DNA of 43,392 nucleotides from assembly GCA_046598045.1 (NCBI GenBank), contig JBKJJJ010000085.1:1-43392 (forward strand), in the 5' to 3' direction. Position 1 is the stretch's first letter. Each line of letters starts with the position of its first letter. Origin of the DNA: Candidatus Eiseniibacteriota bacterium (lineage in GTDB: Bacteria > Eisenbacteria > RBG-16-71-46 > DASYSL01). The position numbers and the translations under genes were made by a program. This document shows positions 34,304 to 43,392 of this stretch, piece by piece. The notes beneath the pieces are model-generated. The model was given only the letters and a program-made list of their open reading frames with translations. It made no database searches and was not told the DNA's origin.

Positions 34304-36721
34304 TCGTAGCGCGAGGACGTCGTCGGGCTCGAGCTCGACCATCAGCGAGCGAGCATCGAGCGCGCGCGCGCTCGAGCCGGCGTGCGTGTACGCCACCTCG
34401 AGCCTCCCCGTGTAGCCGAAGATCGACGGATCCGCGAAGCGGATCTTCCCCTCCTGGCGCCCGAGCCGGTTGATCACGAACAGCATGCCGCCGTCCTCGC
34501 CCGCGTGGCCCACGATCTCGGCCTCGACGTCGGCGTGCACGTGCGGGCGCACCCCGCGGTCGGCGAGCAGCCCGCGCGCGAAGTGCCGCAACGCGCGCCG
34601 TTGCCGCTCGGGCATCGCGTAGTAGCGCGGCGTCAGGTAGCGCCCCGCCGGCAGCGTGCCGAGCACCGTGCTCGATCCCCATCCCAGCGCCACCTCGTAT
34701 GCCGCCGGCCGGTTGTTCCACCACAGCGGCCCGGGCCGCACGTTGGCGTCGCGCCCGTCGGGCAGCGCGAACGTGCGGCACACGAAATCACCGCGGATCG
34801 AAGGCGGGTTCGCGTCGGGCAACGACAGGCGGGGCGGGGTGCGCGAGGGCTCGCTGCCCTCGTAGGGCGACCCCGGCTGCTCCACGACGGGCCGCACCTC
34901 GAACGGTCGGCCCTCGACCGGCGTCCGCAGCGAATCCAGCACGGGCTGGAACAGGTCGATGATGTGGCCGCTCGAGCGGTGGCGGTCCGACAACCAAGGG
35001 CGCTGGAACAGGAAGAACGGGATCCCGTTCGTCACCACCTGCCACCACACGCGCTTGACGTCGAGCCACTCCGTGGTCACCGGCTCGAGCGGGAACAGCG
35101 TGCGGTAGCGCGCGGGGCGCCCGGCGAGGTCGTGGTTCGCGGGCCCGGGCGCGGTCACGAGGTGACCGCCGCCGAGCACCCAGTTCTCGAGCTTGTCGTA
35201 GACCGCCGGGTCGATCATGCCCTTCGAGGTGAGGAAGAGCACCTGCAGCTCGGCGAGCGGCTTGGCGAGCAGCTCGCGCAAATCCACGACCTGCGGGTTG
35301 ACGCCGGCGCAAAGCAGCAGCGCGTGCAGCCCGCCGTTCGCGAGGAAGCTCAGGTAGCGGTGCGGGTCGAGCTGGTCGGTGCCCTTGAAGTAGTCCTCGG
35401 CCGCGTAGCGGAAGTTCGGGAAGTACATGCCGAACCCGACCGCGTCGTGCACCTCCTCCATGCCGAGCAGGTCGTCGCCCCAGCGCTGGAGGAAATGCCC
35501 GATCTCGGCCACGACGCGGTAGCGCGAGGTGACGCGGCCGTCCTGGTCGAGCGGCGCCCCGAAGTTGTAAGGCTCACCGGTCGGCTCGCGGCCGTCGTGC
35601 ATCGTGAACAGGCAGAGCCCGCGCGCGCCGTGCGCGATCGAGGCGAAGATCGTCTGCGCGACCCCGGCGTCGCTCACCTTCGCGCGCGGGTCGAACCAGC
35701 CGGTGCCGATCTCGGTCGCGAGCGTGGGGCGCTCCGGGGTCTTGTACGCCGAGAAGATGCCCGGGTAGAGCGAGGCTACGAACGGGAAGTCGGCCGTCTC
35801 CTTGCCCGAGGACGCCTTGGGGTACACGTCGTAGCCGATGAAGTCGACCGTCGGCTTGCCGCCGACCTGGTGCACCGGGCTGTGCTGGATGCCCTGCTCG
35901 TTGTGAACGAGCGGCACGGGCACGCCGCATGCGCGCGCGGTCTCCGCGAGAAAATGCAGGTAGTCGTCGATCCACGCCTCGAGAAAACGCTGCCAGTCGT
36001 CGATCTGCGGCTGGCGCAGCGGCGGGCGCGGCGGCAGCACCTCGGCGAACGTCGTGAGGTGGGTGCCCCACACCGCGTTCATGGCGTCGATCGAGCCGTG
36101 CTCGCCCTCGAGCCAGCGCCGGAAGCGCGCGATCGTGTCCGGGTTGAAATCGATGCGCCCGACCTGGTTCGCGAACAGGAGCCCGGTCTCGTTGTCGAGC
36201 TGGAACGAGATCACAGGATCGTTCCAGTAGGGCGTGAGGAATGCGCTGACGGCCTCGTACCAGGCGCGCACCTTCGCGCGGTAGACCGGCTGGCCGAGGC
36301 TGTGGCTCCAGAAGAACGCGCCCTGCTCGCGCCGGCCGTCGCGCCTCACCACCACGGTGTCGGGGTAGCGGTCGCCGAGCCAGAGCGGCAGGCCAAGCCC
36401 GTCGAACTCGGCGTAGATCATCGGCCCCGGGCGGGCCATCACGGCCAGCCCGACTGCACGGCACTCCTCGAGGAATGCCCGGAGGTTCCGGCCCGGGCGG
36501 GTCTCGCCCGTGAAGTCGAAGCGGCCCTCCTCGGGCTCGTGCCAGACCCAGGGGAGATAGGTCGAAACCACGTTCATCCCGGCGGCCTTGAGCCGCTCGA
36601 GCCCGGGCCGCCACAGGTCGGGGCGCACCCGGAAGTAGTGCAACTCACCGTCATACAGGTAGATGCGTCGGCCATCGAGGGTGAATGCGCCGCCGTCGGC
36701 GCCCAGGCGAGAGGGGGTCAT
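34295..36721 (-). CDS. GH35/GH42-type beta-galactosidase-like glycoside hydrolase
   Basis: GELHYFRV...W...L.RLKAAGMNVVSTYLPWVWHEPEEGRFDF, RPGPMIYAE, FQLDNE (acid/base) and ATEIG (nucleophile); no signal peptide. Confidence 0.88.
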   Translation of the reverse strand: MTPSRLGADGGAFTLDGRRIYLYDGELHYFRVRPDLWRPGLERLKAAGMNVVSTYLPWVWHEPEEGRFDFTGETRPGRNLRAFLEECRAVGLAVMARPGPMIYAEFDGLGLPLWLGDRYPDTVVVRRDGRREQGAFFWSHSLGQPVYRAKVRAWYEAVSAFLTPYWNDPVISFQLDNETGLLFANQVGRIDFNPDTIARFRRWLEGEHGSIDAMNAVWGTHLTTFAEVLPPRPPLRQPQIDDWQRFLEAWIDDYLHFLAETARACGVPVPLVHNEQGIQHSPVHQVGGKPTVDFIGYDVYPKASSGKETADFPFVASLYPGIFSAYKTPERPTLATEIGTGWFDPRAKVSDAGVAQTIFASIAHGARGLCLFTMHDGREPTGEPYNFGAPLDQDGRVTSRYRVVAEIGHFLQRWGDDLLGMEEVHDAVGFGMYFPNFRYAAEDYFKGTDQLDPHRYLSFLANGGLHALLLCAGVNPQVVDLRELLAKPLAELQVLFLTSKGMIDPAVYDKLENWVLGGGHLVTAPGPANHDLAGRPARYRTLFPLEPVTTEWLDVKRVWWQVVTNGIPFFLFQRPWLSDRHRSSGHIIDLFQPVLDSLRTPVEGRPFEVRPVVEQPGSPYEGSEPSRTPPRLSLPDANPPSIRGDFVCRTFALPDGRDANVRPGPLWWNNRPAAYEVALGWGSSTVLGTLPAGRYLTPRYYAMPERQRRALRHFARGLLADRGVRPHVHADVEAEIVGHAGEDGGMLFVINRLGRQEGKIRFADPSIFGYTGRLEVAYTHAGSSARALDARSLMVELEPDDVLALRLR

Positions 36722-36792
36722 TGGGGCGGAATCCTAGCAGAAACCAGGCCGGGAACCGCGCCTGGACGGCGGCCTGTAACCCCTTTCCTTCC

Positions 36793-36821
36793 TTGACCGT
36801 GGGCCTGATCCGGGCTATGGT
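36793..36821 (+). promoter_or_regulatory. Sigma70-type promoter
   Basis: TTGACC-N17-TATGGT, about 120 nt upstream of ATG 36942. Confidence 0.6.
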
Positions 36822-36941
36822 TGGTCGCAATCATTCTTGTCCTGCATTCTGCAATCTCGCGCCGAAAACCCGATCCGGGCCGTGCGGCACCTCGCATCCC
36901 GCATCGTCCTGAAGTCAAACGTCCACGTTGGGAGACGAATC

Positions 36942-37718
36942 ATGAGGAAGATTGCTATCGCGCTGGTCGCACTGGGCTTTGCCATTATCGCAACGCCCTC
37001 CATGGCGGCGAGCTTGGTGAATGAGACCTTCACATATTCGAACGGCAACCTGGTTCCGAACGGCGGCTGGGCGAACTACAGCGGCGCGATCCTCGACATC
37101 CAGGTCTCTGCCGGTCGTGCCACCGGCTTCGGCCCCAACGCGAACGACGACCACATCCTGTTCGCGGCCCAGGCGGTCACGGCCAAGACGTATGCCTGCT
37201 TCGACGTCATCATCCCGGCGGTTGCGGCCGCCCCCAAGCCGACCTATTTCGCCGCGCTGAAGGACGGAGGCGCCGCGGCCCTCGTGTCGCGCGTCTATGT
37301 GTTGCCGCTCGCCAATAACACCTGGACGTTCGGCATCTCGCACTCCAGCACCTCGGCCACGGTCGGTGTCACCCCCTGGACGGCAGCGCTGTCGTATGAC
37401 GTGAACTACCACGTGGTCATCAACTACGACCCCGTGACCAAGACCTCGACGCTGTGGGTCAACCCGGCCACCGAGGCCAGCCCGAGCGTCAGCAACACGA
37501 ACACGGCCATCGCCGCCCTTGCCGTCTCGGGCTTCGGTCTGCGTCAGAGCGCCACGGCGTCGACGCTTCCGGCGTCCCCGGCTTATACGGGTACGGCGGA
37601 CTGGGGCTTCTCGGTCGACAACCTGGGCGTGGGCTCGAGCTTCGTCAACGCGTGCGATGTCGTCGTGACGCCCGCGGCTCGCGCGACTTGGGGCGGCGTC
37701 AAGGCGACCTACCGCTAG
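36942..37718 (+). CDS. Secreted beta-rich (lectin/jelly-roll-like) protein with TWGxxKxxYR C-terminus
   Basis: GGGAG RBS; classical signal peptide MRKIAIALVALGFAIIATPSMA; S/T/N/G-rich body; ends VTPAARATWGGVKATYR. Confidence 0.82.
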   Translation: MRKIAIALVALGFAIIATPSMAASLVNETFTYSNGNLVPNGGWANYSGAILDIQVSAGRATGFGPNANDDHILFAAQAVTAKTYACFDVIIPAVAAAPKPTYFAALKDGGAAALVSRVYVLPLANNTWTFGISHSSTSATVGVTPWTAALSYDVNYHVVINYDPVTKTSTLWVNPATEASPSVSNTNTAIAALAVSGFGLRQSATASTLPASPAYTGTADWGFSVDNLGVGSSFVNACDVVVTPAARATWGGVKATYR

Positions 37719-37744
37719 AGCGGTCGCTCTGGATCGGTTCATCG

Positions 37745-37781
37745 GCGACCACTGCCTTCACGGGCGGTGGTCGCTTCGTTT
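37745..37781 (+). terminator. Probable intrinsic terminator
   Basis: GCGACCACTGCC...GGCGGTGGTCGC hairpin followed by TTCGTTT, 26 nt after stop 37718. Confidence 0.65.
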
Positions 37782-37902
37782 CAAGCGCCTCGATCATCAA
37801 CGGGCTCGATCGTGCGCTGAAGGGTGATCAGGACACCGAGGGCGCTCTCCTCTCGGAGGGCGCCCTCGAAAGTTCTCCGGCTGCATGCATGGGGAGGGAG
37901 TC

Positions 37903-38934
37903 GTGCGGGTTTTCGGATTGGCGATCTTCGTACTGTTGTGGAGCGGCACGAGCAGCCTCGCCACCACGCGGCTGGTTCCGTCGCAATTCGGCTCGATCCA
38001 GGCCGCGCTGAACGTTTCCTCATCCGGAGACGTGGTGCTCGTGGCCCCGGGCGTCTATACCGAAAACCTCCTGATCAATTCGGCCCGCAACGGGGTTGCG
38101 CTCCAAAGCTCCGGCGGCCCCGCGGTGACGATCATCGACGGCAACAACACCTCGAGCGTGATTACGATCAGCAGCGTCGGTGCGGGGACGGTCGTGACCG
38201 GATTCACGATCCGCAATGGTGGTGCCGCAAATCTGTCGGGATTGCTGGGCGGAGGCATTCGGATGAACTTCTGCTCCGCGCGGATCGAGGGCAATGCGAT
38301 CATCAACAACCGCGCGGAAGCCGCGGGGGGTATCTATGTTGATGGCGGCGGGCCGATCCTGCGGGACAACACGTTCCGAGGCAACGTGGCGGTTGCCGGA
38401 TCCGGTGGCGCGATCTACTGCGACCACTTCGCTTCGGCGACCATCGATCGCAATGTCATCGTGAGCAACACCTGCGCCGCCTATGGCGGCGGGATCACGG
38501 TCTGGCAAGGCTCACTCCCCTCCGTGAGCAGCAACACCATCGCGCTCAACTCGGCGAGCCGCGGCGGCGGCGTATACGTGACGACGAATTCTCATCCGAC
38601 GCTGCGCCGGAACATCATCGCGTCCTCGCCGAACGGCGGTGGCGTTTGGGTCGACGATTTCGAGTCGACGATCCAGTTCGAGTGCAACGACGTGTGGGGC
38701 AATGGCCCGAATTATCACGGGATTGCAGACCCGACGGGCGGATCAGGCAATATTTCAGTCGATCCCCAGTTCTGCGACGCCTCGGGCGCGGATCTTCATC
38801 TCGTCCGGACCTCGCCTTGCGCCCCTGCGAACTCCCCGGCGACGTGCGATCTCATCGGCGCGCTCGACCCGACCTGCCAGCCGACCGCGAGCATCCCGAA
38901 GACCTGGGGCCGCTTGAAATCGGATTACCGCTGA
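37903..38934 (+). CDS. Secreted right-handed parallel beta-helix protein with TWGxxKxxYR C-terminus (start 37903 or 37885)
   Basis: VPSQFGSIQAAL....SGDVVLVAPGVYTEN; repeated GGGI/GGAI + N-x-I-x-x-N motifs; GNISVDPQFC; ends IPKTWGRLKSDYR; GGAGG precedes GTG 37903. Confidence 0.88.
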   Translation: MRVFGLAIFVLLWSGTSSLATTRLVPSQFGSIQAALNVSSSGDVVLVAPGVYTENLLINSARNGVALQSSGGPAVTIIDGNNTSSVITISSVGAGTVVTGFTIRNGGAANLSGLLGGGIRMNFCSARIEGNAIINNRAEAAGGIYVDGGGPILRDNTFRGNVAVAGSGGAIYCDHFASATIDRNVIVSNTCAAYGGGITVWQGSLPSVSSNTIALNSASRGGGVYVTTNSHPTLRRNIIASSPNGGGVWVDDFESTIQFECNDVWGNGPNYHGIADPTGGSGNISVDPQFCDASGADLHLVRTSPCAPANSPATCDLIGALDPTCQPTASIPKTWGRLKSDYR

Positions 38935-39677
38935 TTGCGCACGACCCAGGCCATGCGCCAGCCCATCCAGACCAGCAGCACGCCGAACGCGATGCGCAGC
39001 GTCGCGGCCGGCAGATGGCTGGCAAGCGCGGCGGCCCCGACGGCAGCCACCACCGATCCCGCCGCGATCCACGGCACGATGCGGGTCTGAACGTGTCCGA
39101 GCTTCCAGTGGGTCCACGCGCCCGCGATTGCGGTCGGGATGATCATGAACAGCGAGACCCCCTGCGCCTGGTGCTGTTCGATCCCGAACAGGAGCGTGAG
39201 GATCGGCACCAGGATCGTCCCGCCGCCGACGCCGAGCAGGCCCGATAGCCAGCCCACCACCGCCCCGGTTCCGATGGCGAGTCCATCCCCGAGCAGGCCG
39301 GGCTGCCTCAGCCACGATCCGCTCGGCAGGTGCGTGAGGAACAGCCGAAACCCGACCAGCACGAGCATGAAGCCGAACGCGCGCCGAAGCTTCGCGTTGT
39401 CCATGCGCCCGGCGAGGCGCGCGCCGAGCGGCGCCGCCACGGTGGCGCCCAGCGCGAGCCAGCCCGCGAGCGCGAGGTTCACCGTTCCGGCGGCGCGATA
39501 GGTGAGCGCGGCGGCGATCGCGGTGAACACGAGGATCGCCAGCGACGTGCCGTGCGCATGCTTCTGCGGCAGGTGGAAGTAGCGGACCAGCAGCGGCACC
39601 AGCACCACGCCGCCGCCGATGCCGAGCAGGCCGCTCGCGGCGCCGCCGGCGAGGCCGATCAGGAGCGAGGTGATCAA
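38925..39677 (-). CDS. TauE/SafE (TSUP) family membrane exporter
   Basis: Two internal repeats of SGLLG(I/V)GGG..LVP.L......Q..A.G.SL; the TTG start overlaps the upstream TGA (TTGA). Confidence 0.9.
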   Translation of the reverse strand: MITSLLIGLAGGAASGLLGIGGGVVLVPLLVRYFHLPQKHAHGTSLAILVFTAIAAALTYRAAGTVNLALAGWLALGATVAAPLGARLAGRMDNAKLRRAFGFMLVLVGFRLFLTHLPSGSWLRQPGLLGDGLAIGTGAVVGWLSGLLGVGGGTILVPILTLLFGIEQHQAQGVSLFMIIPTAIAGAWTHWKLGHVQTRIVPWIAAGSVVAAVGAAALASHLPAATLRIAFGVLLVWMGWRMAWVVRNQR

Positions 39678-40636
39678 GCGCCGCTCTCGCGGAGCGGCTT
39701 GCGCGCAACCAGGGTGCAACGGTCCCCCAGCGCGCCCGTGAGCGCGGTCCAGGCCGCATTGAGACCATCGAGCCCGGCGACGGCCAGCGCGCGCGCGCCG
39801 CGGCGCTTGCCGAGACTGGGCGGCGTCTTCGACTGCCGCAGCGTCTCGACCTCGAGGCCGGCGTCGCGGGCAAGTGCGGTCAGGGTCTTCGGCTCGAATT
39901 CCCAGAGGTGATAGGGCGGCTCGTCGAGCACGAGGCGCCGGCCGAGCACGCGCATGACTCCCAGTCCGAGTTGCCTCGCGATCGAGTGCGTGGCCATGGG
40001 GCCCCGCAGTGCGAGGGCTCCGCCGGGCGTGAGCAGGCGGCTCACCTCGTGGAGCGTGGCGGCGGGATCGGGCACGTGCTCGAGGACGTCGCCCATGAAG
40101 ACCACGTCATACGACCCGGCCGGCAGCGCCGCGTCGTGCAGCCCACCGAGAAACACGGGCACGCCGTGCGCCCGCGCGTCGGCCGCGGCGTCGGCGGAGT
40201 ACTCGACCCCCTGCACGGTCCAGCCGCGATGTGCCGCGGCTTCGAGCACCGCGCCCGAGGCGCATCCGACCTCGAGCAACCGGCCGGGTTTGCCGCCGTG
40301 GAGGGATTCGAACCACGCGGCGAGATGCGCGCCATCGAGCAGAAGCGCGGGCCGCTCCGCAAAGTAGTCGCCGACATGGCCGCAGCGCACGTCGCCGCCC
40401 TCGAAGTACTCGCGGGCATAGAGTCGGGGGAACTCCTCCGGCGCAGGCTGAACGGTGAGGCCGCGCAAGCCGCATTTCACGCATTCCCCGCCCGGGAACG
40501 TGGCGCCGCCGTGGCGATACTCGAACGGGAGCTCGCGAAACGAGGGGCTCCCACAGAGCGGGCAGGCCGCCAATCGCAACGTGGCGAGGGGCAGCCTGGT
40601 GCCCGCGGGCGGGGGCGCCCCGGGGTGGGCGCTCAG
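39674..40636 (-). CDS. Class I SAM-dependent methyltransferase with N-terminal CxxC...CxxC motif (start uncertain)
   Basis: CPLCGS...CVKCG; LLEVGCASG, GVEYS, YDVVFMGDVLEHVPDP and PPYHLWEF. No ATG start; candidates are CTG 40636 or TTG 40579/40573. Confidence 0.85.
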   Translation of the reverse strand: MSAHPGAPPPAGTRLPLATLRLAACPLCGSPSFRELPFEYRHGGATFPGGECVKCGLRGLTVQPAPEEFPRLYAREYFEGGDVRCGHVGDYFAERPALLLDGAHLAAWFESLHGGKPGRLLEVGCASGAVLEAAAHRGWTVQGVEYSADAAADARAHGVPVFLGGLHDAALPAGSYDVVFMGDVLEHVPDPAATLHEVSRLLTPGGALALRGPMATHSIARQLGLGVMRVLGRRLVLDEPPYHLWEFEPKTLTALARDAGLEVETLRQSKTPPSLGKRRGARALAVAGLDGLNAAWTALTGALGDRCTLVARKPLRESGA

Positions 40637-41826
40637 ATCGCCCCCGCGCTGCGCAGGCCCGCGATCGCCTTCGCGTCGTAGCCGAGTTCGGCGAGCACGC
40701 GATCGGTGTGCTCGCCGAGCGCGGGCGGCGCGCTGCGCGGCATGCCGGGCGTGTCCGACAGCTTGACCGGCACGCCCACGGTCTTGAAGTCCGGGATCGT
40801 CGGGTGCGGCAGGTCGACCACCATGCCGCGCGCGACCGTCTGGGGCGCGGCGAGCGCCTCGGGCACGGTGCGCACGCGGCCCGCGGGGACCCCGGCCGCG
40901 CGCAGCAGCTCGAGCGCGAGGTCGGCGGTGTGCGGGCGCGTGAGCTGCGCGATCTCCTCCTCGACCTCGGCGCGGTGCGCGAGGCGCGCGGGGTTGCTCG
41001 CGAACTCGGGGCGGGCAGAGAGCGCGGGCGCACCGAGCGCGGCGCAGAGCTTGCCGAACAGCGCGTCGTTGCCGGCGCCGATCGTGATCCACGCGTCGCT
41101 GCACGGGAACGTGCCGTAGGGCGTGAGGTTCGGGTGGCGGTTGCCGAGGCGCTCGGGCGGCTCGCCGGCCGACCAGTAGTTCGTCGTGTAGTACGAGAGC
41201 AGTCCGAGCTGCCCGTCGAGCAGCGACGCGTCCACGCGCTGCCCGCGGCCGCTCGAAGCGCGCGCGACCAGCGCGGCGAGGATGCCCGAGAGCGTCCACA
41301 TGCCCGCGACGATGTCGGCCTGCGAGACGCCGGCCTTCATCGGCGCGCCCAGGGCCTCGCCGGTGAGCGACATCACGCCGCCCTCGCCCTGCGCGATCAG
41401 GTCGTAGCCCGGGCGCGTGGCCTCGGGACCGGTGACGCCATAGCCCGAGACGCTCGCGTAGACCAGGCGCGGGTTGCGCGCGCTGCACGCATCATAGCCG
41501 AAGCCGAGGCGGTCGAGCGTGCCCGGGCGGAAGTTCTCGACCAGGATGTCGGCGCGCTCGATCAGCCTCCACAGCACGGCGCACGCGGCCTCGTGCTTGA
41601 GGTCGAGCGTGACGCTCTCCTTGTTGCGATTGACGCTCAGGTAGTAGCAGCTGATGCCGCCCCAGAACGGGGGGCCCCACGTGCGCGTGTCGTCGCCCGT
41701 GCCCGGCTGCTCGATCTTGACGATGCGCGCGCCGAGGTCGCCGAGCGTCATCGTGCAATAGGGGCCCGCGAGGACGCGCGAGAGGTCGACGACCAGCAGC
41801 CCGTCCAACGCCCCCCTTGGCGGCAT
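40633..41826 (-). CDS. CaiB/BaiF family III CoA-transferase
   Basis: DLSRVLAGPYC..LGDLGA.IVKIE, NRNKES, ENFRPG, GYD, ADIVAG and PPALGEHT; TGATG coupling to the ALDH gene. Confidence 0.94.
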   Translation of the reverse strand: MPPRGALDGLLVVDLSRVLAGPYCTMTLGDLGARIVKIEQPGTGDDTRTWGPPFWGGISCYYLSVNRNKESVTLDLKHEAACAVLWRLIERADILVENFRPGTLDRLGFGYDACSARNPRLVYASVSGYGVTGPEATRPGYDLIAQGEGGVMSLTGEALGAPMKAGVSQADIVAGMWTLSGILAALVARASSGRGQRVDASLLDGQLGLLSYYTTNYWSAGEPPERLGNRHPNLTPYGTFPCSDAWITIGAGNDALFGKLCAALGAPALSARPEFASNPARLAHRAEVEEEIAQLTRPHTADLALELLRAAGVPAGRVRTVPEALAAPQTVARGMVVDLPHPTIPDFKTVGVPVKLSDTPGMPRSAPPALGEHTDRVLAELGYDAKAIAGLRSAGAI

Positions 41827-43361
41827 CAGTAGATGTTGGTCGTGCGCTTCGTGCCGGTGTAGTCGGCGTACACGGTCTTGAGCTCGGTGTAGAATTCGAT
41901 CGCCACCGCGCCCTGCTCGCGCGTGCCGACGCCCGTGCCCTTCATGCCGCCGAACGGCGCCTGCGCCTCGCCCCCGACCGTCGGCGAGTTGACGTGCACG
42001 ATCCCGGTCTCGATCAGGTCGACGAAGCGGTACATGCGGTTGACGTCGTTGGTGTAGAGCGACGACGACAGGCCGAAGTCGACGTCGTTCGCGACCTCGA
42101 CCGCCTCGTCGAAGTCCTTGACGCGGATCACCGACAGCACCGGGCCGAAGATCTCCTCCTTCGCGATGCGCATGGTGTGCTTCACGCCGTCGTAGATCGT
42201 GGGCTCGACGTAGAGGCCGTTCGCGTGCGCGCCCGCGCTCAGTTGTTTGCCGCCGGTGACCAGGCGCGCGCCCTCGCCGTTTGCGATGTCGAGATAGGAG
42301 AGCACGGTCTTGAACTGCCCCGGGTCGACCGAGGGGCCCATGGTCACGCCGTCGGTCAGAGGGTCGCCCACGACCACCTTGCCCGCGAGCGCGGCGAGCA
42401 GCTCGACGAACTTGTCGGCCACGCTGTCCACCACGATCGCGCGGCTGGTCGCGGTGCAGCGCTGGCCGGTCGAGCCGAACGCGCCCTGCGAGGTCGCGAT
42501 CGCGGCGAGCTCGAGATCGGCGTCCTCGAGCACGACCAGCGGGTTCTTGCCGCCCAGCTCGCACTGGACCTTGAGCAGGCGCTTGGCGCCCTCGGTGTAG
42601 ACGTGCGTGCCGACCTCGTTCGAGCCGGTGAACGAGATCGCGCGGATCGACTTGTGGTGGACGAGCTGGTCGCCGACCGCGCTGCCCGAGCCGTGGATCA
42701 GGTTCACGACGCCCGGCGGTAGGCCGGCCTCCTCGAGCAACTCGACCACGCGCTGCGCGGTCCACGGGGTGAGCGTCGCGGGCTTGAACACGATCGTGTT
42801 GCCGGCGACCAGCGCGGGCGCCATCTTCCAGCACGGGATCGCGATCGGAAAGTTCCACGGAGTGATGATCGCGACCGGGCCGAGCGGCTGCTTGACCGTG
42901 TAGACGAACGTGCGCGGCAGCTCCGACGGCAGCGTATGGCCGCCGATGCGCCGCCCTTCGCCCGCCATGAACTCGATGATGTTCGCGGCCTTCATCACCT
43001 CGCCGCGGGCCTCGCTGAAGGTCTTGCCCTCCTCCCACGCCAGGATGGCGGCAATCTCGTCGGCGTGCTGCTCGATCAGCGCGTTCCACTTGTAGAGGAT
43101 GCGCGCGCGCACCGGAGCCGGCGTGTCGCGCCAACCCGGAAACGCCTTGTGCGCGGCGTCGACCGCGGCGTCGACCTCCCCGGGCGTCGAGAGCGGCACG
43201 TCGCCGAGCGCGACGCGCTGGTCGGCCGGCGAGAGGTTCGTCGCGTACTTGCCGGAAACGGTGTCCAGCCACTTGCCCCCGACGTAGTTCCGGTAGCGGG
43301 CGGGGGGCGTGGGACGCGAGCGACCCGGGGGAGCCTGGTGGGAAACCGTGGGTGTGGACAC
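41826..43361 (-). CDS. Aldehyde dehydrogenase (alpha-ketoglutarate-semialdehyde dehydrogenase-like)
   Basis: ITPWNFP, FKPA, FTGS, ELGGKN, GQRCTA (catalytic Cys), EEIFGP and PFGGMKG. Confidence 0.95.
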   Translation of the reverse strand: MSTPTVSHQAPPGRSRPTPPARYRNYVGGKWLDTVSGKYATNLSPADQRVALGDVPLSTPGEVDAAVDAAHKAFPGWRDTPAPVRARILYKWNALIEQHADEIAAILAWEEGKTFSEARGEVMKAANIIEFMAGEGRRIGGHTLPSELPRTFVYTVKQPLGPVAIITPWNFPIAIPCWKMAPALVAGNTIVFKPATLTPWTAQRVVELLEEAGLPPGVVNLIHGSGSAVGDQLVHHKSIRAISFTGSNEVGTHVYTEGAKRLLKVQCELGGKNPLVVLEDADLELAAIATSQGAFGSTGQRCTATSRAIVVDSVADKFVELLAALAGKVVVGDPLTDGVTMGPSVDPGQFKTVLSYLDIANGEGARLVTGGKQLSAGAHANGLYVEPTIYDGVKHTMRIAKEEIFGPVLSVIRVKDFDEAVEVANDVDFGLSSSLYTNDVNRMYRFVDLIETGIVHVNSPTVGGEAQAPFGGMKGTGVGTREQGAVAIEFYTELKTVYADYTGTKRTTNIY

Positions 43362-43392
43362 GACGACACTCCGCGTCTGGCGTGAAGGGAAC

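Noticed and set aside
37837..37868. Strong hairpin upstream of the beta-helix gene as a terminator or REP
   Set aside because: No clear U-tract on the + strand and no second copy in the window; function cannot be assigned.
40633..43272. 879-aa ORF as an ALDH-CoA-transferase fusion
   Set aside because: The portion upstream of 41826 is a shadow frame of the ALDH gene; the CaiB sequence starts at the coupled ATG 41826.

Overview
A high-GC (about 70% by eye) bacterial chromosomal window with about 30 protein-coding genes and no rRNA, tRNA, CRISPR array, integrase or transposase. The gene style (tandem Hanks-type kinases, secreted proteins ending in FlgD-Ig/T9SS-like domains or a TWGxxKxxYR tail) suggests an FCB-related candidate phylum such as Ca. 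Eisenbacteria; this is inference only. In order: a partial TolB-N/TPR protein and two Ser/Thr kinases, DUF1232, a TM0106-type nuclease-helicase, an M36 peptidase, a SWIM-SNF2 helicase, an XRE/S24-like regulator divergent from a vWA gene, a patatin lipoprotein, a broken PIG-L deacetylase, an alpha/beta hydrolase, a DUF4160/DUF2442 pair, a PLP decarboxylase, a metallophosphoesterase, a two-component module with a beta-barrel gene, rsgA, an SDR, a GH35/42 glycosidase, two secreted proteins, and an ALDH-CaiB-methyltransferase-TauE operon. The strongest signals are mostly non-coding. (1) The rsgA leader has a promoter, a 19-aa uORF, and a long hairpin holding an intrinsic terminator and the rsgA RBS, which looks like a ribosome-sensing attenuator. 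(2) A dispersed ~70-bp element occurs three times, each with four GTAC-core hexamers at an exact 9-bp period. (3) A pair of 21-bp operator-like sites lies next to a catalytically degenerate LexA/CI-like regulator. (4) Two unrelated secreted proteins share a short C-terminal tail. All alignments and foldings were done by eye.
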